This document shows positions 25,791 through 32,834 of a stretch of DNA of 39,138 nucleotides, piece after piece. How positions within the stretch are numbered: position 1 is the first letter of the stretch; each line of letters begins with the position of its first letter. Under the pieces are notes generated by a model. It did not search any database. It saw nothing but the letters and a program-made list of their open reading frames with translations, and was not told the origin of the DNA. The position numbers were made by a program, and so were the translations under genes. Source of the stretch: Chitinophagales bacterium (GTDB lineage: Bacteria > Bacteroidota > Bacteroidia > Chitinophagales > BACL12); contig JBIOHA010000001.1 of assembly GCA_044448625.1 (NCBI GenBank), forward strand, positions 1-39,138. Direction: 5' to 3'.

Positions 25791-27917
25791 GTGGGAATCC
25801 TGAATTTGCAAACCCCCCTTACTTATTTAAAAGGTGTTGGTGAAGCCCGGGCAGAATTGATGCGGAAAGAATTGAAACTCAGCAACTGCAGCGACCTGCT
25901 CCAGTTTTACCCTTACCGATATATTGACCGGACCGATTTTAAAACAATAAAGGACGTTTATAATGCTGCATATAAGGGTGAAGAAATAAAAGATGTTCAG
26001 TTAAAAGGGTTGCTGCGGAATATTAAAGTTGTAGGGACGAAAAGATCAAAACGACTTACTGCAACTGTAGAAGATGGAACCGGTTTTATTGAATTGGTAT
26101 GGTTTAACAGTATACCATGGCTTCAAAAAAATCTAAAGCCGGATACACAATATCTTATTTATGGAAAGCCGTATTTTTTTAATACCGTTTTAAATATCAC
26201 GCATCCTGAAATAGAAATTGCTGCATCGGGAGAATTTCAGCTCAGCGGAAAAATTCAACCGGTTTACCCGGGCACTGAAAAGTTAAAGGCAAAAGGTATT
26301 ACTGGTAAATCAATTGCAAAGCTTACACATATTTTATTTGAAGAACTTACTGAAAAAGATATTTATGAAATTATTCCTTTGGAAATTATATCCAAGTATA
26401 AATTGATCAACAGGTATGAAGCCTACAAACAAATTCATTTTCCAGAATCAGAAAACCATTTACAACATGCTACCCGACGACTGAAATTTGAAGAACTATT
26501 TATTGACCAGGTAAAATTACTGAGGGTAAAACAATACCGGCATAGTGTAAGTATTGGATTTATTTTCAAAAACATTGAAAAGTTTTTTACGCCATTTTAT
26601 AATGAAAATCTCCCCTTTCAATTAACAGAAGCACAAAAACGTGTTGTGAAAGAAATCAGGAAAGATCTTCTTAGTGGGCGTCAAATGAACAGGCTTTTAC
26701 AGGGTGATGTTGGCAGTGGAAAAACTGTTGTTGCTTTGCTCACCATGCTAATGGCTATTGATAATGATTTTCAAACCTGCCTGATGGCCCCCACAGAAAT
26801 ACTTGCCCAGCAGCATTTTCAAACAATATCAGAATTGATAAAACCTCTTCAGCTGCGGACAGAAATTTTAACAGGCAGTATAAAAGGGAAAAAAAGGAAA
26901 ATAATACTCGATGCACTGGAAAAAGGTGAGGTGCATATATTAATAGGAACACATGCATTAATTGAAGAGACGGTAAAATTTAATAACCTTGGATATGTAG
27001 TAATAGATGAACAACATCGATTTGGTGTTGAACAGCGTTCAAAGCTTTGGACAAAAAATAATATCACACCACATATTCTAGTTATGACTGCCACGCCTAT
27101 CCCCCGCACGCTAGCAATGACATACTATGGCGACCTGGATGTAAGTACAATTGATGAATTGCCACCGGGTAGAAAACAAATTAAAACCGTTCATAGAAAA
27201 GAAAGTGAAAGGCTGGCAGTATTCGGTTTTATAAAAGAGCAAATTGCTGAAGGCCGTCAGATATTTATTATTTATCCATTAATTGAGGAGAGTGAAAAAT
27301 TAGACCTCAACAATTTAATGGAAGGCGTTCAGGCAATGGAGCGGGCATTTCCAAAACCACAATACCAGATCGGTATCATGCATGGTAAAATGAAACCTGC
27401 TGATAAAGATTTTGAAATGGAACGGTTCCTGAAAAATCAAACACAAATAATGGTGTCGACAACCGTTATTGAAGTTGGTGTAAATGTTCCTAACGCAACA
27501 GTAATGATTATTGAAAATGCAGAGCGTTTCGGTTTATCACAATTACACCAGTTACGCGGGAGGGTGGGTCGTGGTGCTCATCAATCATTTTGCATTTTAA
27601 TGACCGGCGATAAATTAAATAATGATGCGAGAACCAGAATTCAAACGATGATTCAAACTACCGACGGTTTTAAAATATCTGAAGTGGATATGCAATTACG
27701 CGGTCCGGGTGAAATTGAAGGAACCCGACAAAGCGGTGCCCCTCAATTTAAGATCGCTAACATTCAAACCGATGAAAAAATATTGAGAGAAGCAAGATCA
27801 ACTGCTGAAGAATTATTGACCAACGATCGCAATCTTGAACTTGCTTCGAATCAATCACTAAAAAAATATCTTTCTGAACAAAGTTGGAAAATAAAACAAT
27901 GGGGCAAAGTTTCCTGA
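25791..27917 (+). CDS. recG: ATP-dependent DNA helicase RecG
   Basis: It has 'LTYLKGVGEARAELM', the Walker A 'GDVGSGKT', the DEAH-type box 'VVIDEQHRFG', and 'QLHQLRGRVGRG'. Start is uncertain: I place it at the GTG at 25791 just before the conserved N-terminus, while the ORF track starts at a TTG at 25704. Confidence 0.88.
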   Translation: MGILNLQTPLTYLKGVGEARAELMRKELKLSNCSDLLQFYPYRYIDRTDFKTIKDVYNAAYKGEEIKDVQLKGLLRNIKVVGTKRSKRLTATVEDGTGFIELVWFNSIPWLQKNLKPDTQYLIYGKPYFFNTVLNITHPEIEIAASGEFQLSGKIQPVYPGTEKLKAKGITGKSIAKLTHILFEELTEKDIYEIIPLEIISKYKLINRYEAYKQIHFPESENHLQHATRRLKFEELFIDQVKLLRVKQYRHSVSIGFIFKNIEKFFTPFYNENLPFQLTEAQKRVVKEIRKDLLSGRQMNRLLQGDVGSGKTVVALLTMLMAIDNDFQTCLMAPTEILAQQHFQTISELIKPLQLRTEILTGSIKGKKRKIILDALEKGEVHILIGTHALIEETVKFNNLGYVVIDEQHRFGVEQRSKLWTKNNITPHILVMTATPIPRTLAMTYYGDLDVSTIDELPPGRKQIKTVHRKESERLAVFGFIKEQIAEGRQIFIIYPLIEESEKLDLNNLMEGVQAMERAFPKPQYQIGIMHGKMKPADKDFEMERFLKNQTQIMVSTTVIEVGVNVPNATVMIIENAERFGLSQLHQLRGRVGRGAHQSFCILMTGDKLNNDARTRIQTMIQTTDGFKISEVDMQLRGPGEIEGTRQSGAPQFKIANIQTDEKILREARSTAEELLTNDRNLELASNQSLKKYLSEQSWKIKQWGKVS

Positions 27918-27920
27918 ATT

Positions 27921-28068
27921 TGCCACGGAGGTATTGCCACGGATTTCACGGATTTACACAGATGAATGATTTCCGAAGGATACTATTCTTTAAAAAAATC
28001 CTCATTTTTTGTATCTGTGTAAATCTGTGAAATCCGTGGCAACAACATAATCCGTGAAATCCGTGGCA
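27921..28068. repeat. Composite inverted repeat (locus E) built from 'ccacggattt'-type 9-10-nt sub-repeats
   Basis: The left arm tgccacggatttcacggatttacacagat (27935-27963) and right arm atctgtgtaaatctgtgaaatccgtggca (28013-28041) are reverse complements with 28/29 matches. Outer partial copies are tgccacgga (27921-27929) and atccgtgaaatccgtggca (28050-28068). It begins 3 nt after the recG stop. Confidence 0.88.
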
Positions 28069-28159
28069 AAAATTCTGCGGAAAACCAACAAAATCGGGGG
28101 TTTTGAGGGTAAAATGTTCATAAGGTGTTGAAAATACAGGGGTTCCAGCGAATTCATGT

Positions 28160-28189
28160 TTTGAAATGCCCGTAAACACTGTATTTTTG
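28160..28189 (+). promoter_or_regulatory. Bacteroidota sigma-A type promoter for hup (-33 TTTG / -7 TATTTTTG)
   Basis: TTTG at 28160-28163, an 18-nt spacer, then a perfect TAnnTTTG at 28182-28189. This lies about 42 nt upstream of the hup ATG. Confidence 0.45.
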
Positions 28190-28231
28190 GCAACATAAAA
28201 CATATTCATTAACTAAATAAACAAAATCAAA

Positions 28232-28501
28232 ATGAACAAAGGTGAATTAATTGATGCAATGGCTGCCGATACAGGCTTAACCAAGACTCAAGCAGCTGCC
28301 GCTTTAGACAGCATGATGACCAGTATTCGTAAAGTATTAAAAAAAGGCGACAAAGTTACTTTAGTAGGTTTTGGAACTTACTCAGTTAGCAAGCGTGCTG
28401 CTCGTACCGGTCGTAACCCACAAACAGGAAAAGCAATTAAAATTGCCGCTAAAAACGTTGTTCGTTTCAAAGCTGGTAAAGAATTATCTGCTGCTGTTTA
28501 A
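28232..28501 (+). CDS. hup: DNA-binding protein HU
   Basis: 89 aa. '[11 protein letters not shown]...[47 protein letters not shown]' is a canonical HU sequence. Confidence 0.93.
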   Translation: MNKGELIDAMAADTGLTKTQAAAALDSMMTSIRKVLKKGDKVTLVGFGTYSVSKRAARTGRNPQTGKAIKIAAKNVVRFKAGKELSAAV

Positions 28502-28525
28502 AAAGAAATTATCTTTTACAATAAG

Positions 28526-28554
28526 AAAGCAAGACCAGGCGTCTTGCTTTTTTA
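28526..28554. terminator. Bidirectional rho-independent terminator between convergent hup and ABC genes
   Basis: Stem aaagcaagac (28526-28535), loop caggc, stem gtcttgcttt (28541-28550). It is preceded by an A-rich tract and followed by a T-run. Confidence 0.7.
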
Positions 28555-28572
28555 TTTATTTCAATTGAATAA

Positions 28573-30348
28573 TTAATTCACCAGCTCTTTCAGGAATTGC
28601 ATATCGTATAATTTTTTATAATATCCGTTAAGTGCAAGTAGTTCTTCGTGTGTTCCTGATTCTTTTACTTCACCACGCTCTAATACTAATATTTTATCTG
28701 CTCTCTGGATGGTGGATAGCCGGTGTGCAATAATAATTGAAGTCCTGTTTGTAATCAGGTTTTCAATAGCATGCTGAATTATTTGTTCCGTTTCCGTGTC
28801 AACTGATGAGGTTGCTTCATCCAGGATCAATATACCCGGATCGAAAACCAATGCACGGATAAAAGAAATTAATTGTCGTTGTCCGAGCGATAGGGTTACA
28901 CCCCGCTCCATTACATTATAATCATAATTGCCCGGAAGCTTCATAATAAACTCGTGCGCCCCGAGCATGGTTGCAGCACTAATAACTTTTTCTTTGGTAA
29001 TATTTTCATTTCGGAGTGTGATATTCTCCATGATGGTACCCGAAAATAAAAATACATCCTGAAGCACAAGCCCTATTCTTTCTCTGAGGGAATTAAGTTC
29101 GTATTCATTAATATCAACATCGTCGATCTTAATTATTCCTTTCTGAATTTCATAAAATCGGTTAATCATGTTTACTATAGAAGTTTTTCCAGCGCCCGTT
29201 GCGCCAACAATCGCCAGGGTTTCACCTTCTTTTATTTCAAAATTCACATCCCTTAACACCCATTCGTCGTTTTTATAAGCAAACCAAACATCTTCGAAGT
29301 TGATTTTGCCTTTAATGTTTGATCCCTGAACAGTACCATTATTCGGAATGCGCTCATCAGTGTCGAGTATTTTAAATATCCTGTCGCTGGAAACTACGCC
29401 CATTTGCAATGTATTGAATTTATCGGCGAGCATTCTTAGTGGGCGGAATAAAATGGTGAGGTATAATATAAAAGCATAAATATCTCCCAGCTCTGCCTTG
29501 CCAGCAAGCACATTGTGCGCACCGGTCCATATCATCAATGCAGTTGCAATGGCAACTATAATTTCAACCACCGGAAAAAAAATGGAATAGTACCAAACCG
29601 ACCTTACTTGCGCTTTCCTATGTTCATTGTTGATGAGCTTAAAATTTTCATATTCCGTTTTTTCAGCAGTAAATATTTGAACGATTTTCATCCCGGTGAT
29701 GCGTTCCTGCAAAAATGAGTTCAATTTCGCAACTGCTGTTCTTACTTCCTGGAATGTGCTTTTAATTCCTTCTTTAAAAATATAGGTTGCATAAATTATT
29801 AATGGAAAACTTATAAGACTGACCAGGGTTAATTGCCAGTTGCTGAAAAACATGAATGTGATAACAAATATTATCGTAAGCAAATCAGCAATGATCTGAA
29901 TTGCACCTTCAGTAAATACACTATTGATCGTTTCAAGATCGTTGATCGTTCTTGTGGTAGAAATTCCCACTGGTGTATTGTCAAAATAACTCAGTTTCAA
30001 TCCCATGAAATGATTAAATACTTTAACGCGAAGGTTTTTTACTACGCTTTGCCCAAGCCAGTTTGTTATATAAAGGAAAAAATATTTTAAAATTGATTCT
30101 GATAATAAAACAAAAAGAGAGACCAATGAAATGATGATCAATCCATTAATATCGTGATCAAGAATATAATTATCCACCGAAATTCCAACGAGGTATGGTC
30201 TTAAAGGAACCAAAACTGATAATATGATTGCCAGGAGAGTTGAAATATAAAATTGCTTCTTGAACGGACCGGCATATTTCATTAACCTCCGGAATATTTT
30301 ATAATCGGAAGCGGTAATTAATTTTGCTTTTTTTATTTTGACAGCCAT
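28573..30348 (-). CDS. ABC transporter, fused permease/ATP-binding (MsbA/MdlB-like exporter)
   Basis: 591 aa with 6 N-terminal TM helices. Walker A is 'GATGAGKTS', the signature motif 'LSLGQRQ' and Walker B 'ILILDEATS'. Confidence 0.9.
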   Translation of the reverse strand: MAVKIKKAKLITASDYKIFRRLMKYAGPFKKQFYISTLLAIILSVLVPLRPYLVGISVDNYILDHDINGLIIISLVSLFVLLSESILKYFFLYITNWLGQSVVKNLRVKVFNHFMGLKLSYFDNTPVGISTTRTINDLETINSVFTEGAIQIIADLLTIIFVITFMFFSNWQLTLVSLISFPLIIYATYIFKEGIKSTFQEVRTAVAKLNSFLQERITGMKIVQIFTAEKTEYENFKLINNEHRKAQVRSVWYYSIFFPVVEIIVAIATALMIWTGAHNVLAGKAELGDIYAFILYLTILFRPLRMLADKFNTLQMGVVSSDRIFKILDTDERIPNNGTVQGSNIKGKINFEDVWFAYKNDEWVLRDVNFEIKEGETLAIVGATGAGKTSIVNMINRFYEIQKGIIKIDDVDINEYELNSLRERIGLVLQDVFLFSGTIMENITLRNENITKEKVISAATMLGAHEFIMKLPGNYDYNVMERGVTLSLGQRQLISFIRALVFDPGILILDEATSSVDTETEQIIQHAIENLITNRTSIIIAHRLSTIQRADKILVLERGEVKESGTHEELLALNGYYKKLYDMQFLKELVN

Positions 30349-30390
30349 GGGTGAGGGATGAGGAATTAGGAATAAGGAATGAGGAATGAA
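30349..30390. repeat. Heptanucleotide tandem array (locus F), 6 units filling the whole intergenic gap
   Basis: gggtgag ggatgag gaattag gaataag gaatgag gaatgaa. This is exactly 42 nt, bounded by the ABC start codon (30348-30346) and the M20 stop codon (30393-30391). Confidence 0.9.
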
Positions 30391-31593
30391 TTATACATGG
30401 TTGCTCAATTCAATTACTGCATTATAAGCCATAAATCCCATTCCCGTTTTTAAAGCATCTTCATCAATATCGAAAGTAGGGGTATGGATATTTGATACGA
30501 TTCCTTTTTCAGGATTGCCTGTGCCCAAGCGATAAAAACATGCAGGTATCTTCTGGGAATAAAAAGCAAAATCTTCCCCGCCCATCCACGGTGTGCTAAC
30601 GATCACATTTTCTTTCCCCAGGTAGTCAATTGCCCTGTTATAAACACGCTGTGTGAGTGTTTCATCATTTATTAAAACAGGGTATCCTTTTTCAATATTT
30701 AATTCCAAAGTTCCACCCATACTTTCCACAGTTCCTCTGGCAATTTTCTCAATCAATTGATGTGCTTTATTTCTCACCTCTTCATCCATTGCTCTAAATG
30801 TTCCCTCAATATACACTTCATCGGGAATAACATTCGTTGCACCGTTAGCAATTACTTTTCCAAAAGTGAGCACTGCCGGCTGAAACGGTGTAAGATTTCT
30901 ACTCACCACCTGTTGTAATGCAACAAGCATTTGGGCCGCCATCATTACAGGATCTTTTGCAAGATGAGGGTATGCGCCATGACCACCTTTTCCTTTTACC
31001 GTAATATATATTTCATCGGTGCTTGCCATCATTGTTCCAAAACAAAATGCTACCGACCCCGATTTAAATGGTGTATATACATGCTGCCCAACTATATTTT
31101 CAACCACAGGGTTTTCTAATACACCTTCTTCGATCATCACTTTTGCGCCGCCGGGTAATTTTTCTTCGGAGGGTTGAAAAATCAATTTAACAACACCTTC
31201 AAATTCACTTTTCAATTCTGCTAAAATCTTTGCCGCACCCAACAAACAACTCGTGTGTACATCATGCCCACATGCATGCATCACACCAGGATTCAACGAT
31301 TTATATTCAACATTATTCAATTCATTAATTGGCAAGGCATCCATATCGGCTCGAAGGGCAATTGTTTTAGAACCAGGGTTTTTACCTTCAATAATACCTA
31401 CAACCCCTGTCTTAGCAATATTATTTTTAAAAGCAATACCGTACTCCGTTAATTTTTTTTGAATGAATGAGGATGTTTCAAATTCCTGAAACGAAAGCTC
31501 AGGATGCTGATGCAAATGACGTCTGCAATTTTTAATTTCATTAAAATATTCAGAGGAGAGTGCTTTAATTTTTTCCGCTAATGATCCGTTCAT
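30391..31593 (-). CDS. M20D-family amidohydrolase (N-acyl-amino acid / hippurate hydrolase-like)
   Basis: 400 aa. Motifs 'ALRADMDALP', 'HACGHDVH' and 'FQPSEE' are seen. Substrate cannot be inferred. Confidence 0.85.
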   Translation of the reverse strand: MNGSLAEKIKALSSEYFNEIKNCRRHLHQHPELSFQEFETSSFIQKKLTEYGIAFKNNIAKTGVVGIIEGKNPGSKTIALRADMDALPINELNNVEYKSLNPGVMHACGHDVHTSCLLGAAKILAELKSEFEGVVKLIFQPSEEKLPGGAKVMIEEGVLENPVVENIVGQHVYTPFKSGSVAFCFGTMMASTDEIYITVKGKGGHGAYPHLAKDPVMMAAQMLVALQQVVSRNLTPFQPAVLTFGKVIANGATNVIPDEVYIEGTFRAMDEEVRNKAHQLIEKIARGTVESMGGTLELNIEKGYPVLINDETLTQRVYNRAIDYLGKENVIVSTPWMGGEDFAFYSQKIPACFYRLGTGNPEKGIVSNIHTPTFDIDEDALKTGMGFMAYNAVIELSNHV

Positions 31594-31976
31594 TGTTCGG
31601 TAATATTAATCAGGTCTTTTACAATATACGCTTCCGGATATTCAACAAGCAGATCCTGAAGGTCGCGGTTCGCATCAAATCGGTTCATATAATTCCCAAC
31701 ACGAACCTTATAATTTGGAGCTTCAAAAACAATACTTGCATGGTAGTTTTCATAGCGCTGAAGAAAGAGTGCTTTGCTGTCTTTTGCGCTCATTAAACTG
31801 GTGGTAGCCATCACCTGAATCCTATAACCCGGGAGTTCACCGTGTTCTTTATTGAAGTAAATATGTTTCTCAATAAGCTCGCCTGCACCTGCATTATCCT
31901 TAATTGTAATAACACCGGTTTGTCCGTATGCCACTGCCGTTAAGGTAAACATGATTATTGCAAATATTAATTTCAT
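31590..31976 (-). CDS. SPOR domain-containing protein (secreted)
   Basis: 128 aa with a signal peptide. The C-terminal 'YRIQVMATTS...ASIVFEAPNYKVRVGNYMNRFDANRDLQDL' matches the SPOR peptidoglycan-binding pattern. It overlaps the M20 gene start by 4 nt. Confidence 0.72.
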   Translation of the reverse strand: MKLIFAIIMFTLTAVAYGQTGVITIKDNAGAGELIEKHIYFNKEHGELPGYRIQVMATTSLMSAKDSKALFLQRYENYHASIVFEAPNYKVRVGNYMNRFDANRDLQDLLVEYPEAYIVKDLINITEQ

Positions 31977-32071
31977 ATCAATGCACTAAATTAAGGAATA
32001 TTCAGAGTTGCGGGTTATAAATTATATCCTTGTTAATTTTTTAGCCCAATAACGGAAATAAAATTGCAATA

Positions 32072-32725
32072 TTATGGTTCCAGCACTAATTCAACCCCTT
32101 TTGATGTACCAATCCTGTCGGCGCCGGCCTCAATAAGTTCAATTGCAAATGCTTTGGTCCTGATGCCTCCGGAAGCTTTTATTTTAATTGGGCTTTCAAG
32201 TAATTCACGTAAGGAAGTTATCGTTTCCACATCCGCACCGGGCCCGTTTATACCTGTGGATGTTTTTAAATAATCTATTCTGAATTCATTTGCGATCTTG
32301 CAGATCAGGTCAGTTTCCACTTCCGACATTAACCCCGTTTCAGCAATTACCTTGATTATTTTATTCTCCGATCGAACCAGTTTTACAAGGGTTTCAATTT
32401 CATTTTCAACTGTATCCCAATCGTTGTTTTTTATTGCCGCAATATTGATCACTACGTCTAAATGATCTGCGCCTTTTGCAATTGCATCTTCAGCCTCATC
32501 AAATTTACTGATCAATGAATTATATCCATATGGAAATCCGATAACAGTTATTAATTCAATACCGGTATCATTTAAAATGGACGCAACATCACTTAAAAAA
32601 TAGGTTGGGATGCAAACACCGGCAAAATTATATTTAATTGCATCGGCACATAACATTTCAATTTCCTCTATTTTAGTATCTGGTTTTAATAACGTATGCT
32701 CGATGTATTTATTTAAACCTTCCAA
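32072..32725 (-). CDS. deoC: Deoxyribose-phosphate aldolase
   Basis: 217 aa. It has 'YIEHTLLKP', the Schiff-base lysine region 'DYLKTSTG' and 'IKASGGIRT'. The start is TTG; I traced the frame upstream to a stop at 32753-32755 and found no in-frame ATG. Confidence 0.9.
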   Translation of the reverse strand: MEGLNKYIEHTLLKPDTKIEEIEMLCADAIKYNFAGVCIPTYFLSDVASILNDTGIELITVIGFPYGYNSLISKFDEAEDAIAKGADHLDVVINIAAIKNNDWDTVENEIETLVKLVRSENKIIKVIAETGLMSEVETDLICKIANEFRIDYLKTSTGINGPGADVETITSLRELLESPIKIKASGGIRTKAFAIELIEAGADRIGTSKGVELVLEP

Positions 32726-32771
32726 TTTAAAACGCTTATTTAATTTAGAAATTCAATTTGCCACAAAGTCT

Positions 32772-32834
32772 CTTCCCACTTCTTACTTCCCACTTCCCAC
32801 TTCCCACTTCCCACTTCCCACTTCTAACTTCTTA
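32772..32834. repeat. Heptanucleotide tandem array (locus G), 9 units, 5 consecutive perfect
   Basis: Plus strand reads cttccca cttctta cttccca x5 cttctaa cttctta. On the minus strand this is taagaag ttagaag tgggaag x5 taagaag tgggaag. The first minus-strand unit contains the secA TAA stop (32834-32832). The array ends 46 nt upstream of the deoC start. Confidence 0.92.

Noticed and set aside
27946-28209. 87-aa and 64-aa minus-strand ORFs (…CHGFHGLCCCHGFHRFTQI… / …ATDFTDYVVATDFTDLHRYKK)
   Set aside because: They are read straight through the locus E inverted repeat. The peptide repeats simply mirror the nucleotide sub-repeats, so they are not genes.
670-32834. Possibility that the tandem arrays are CRISPR arrays
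   Set aside because: Units are 7 nt and directly abutting with no spacers. Arrays are at most 63 nt long. No cas genes are present in the window.
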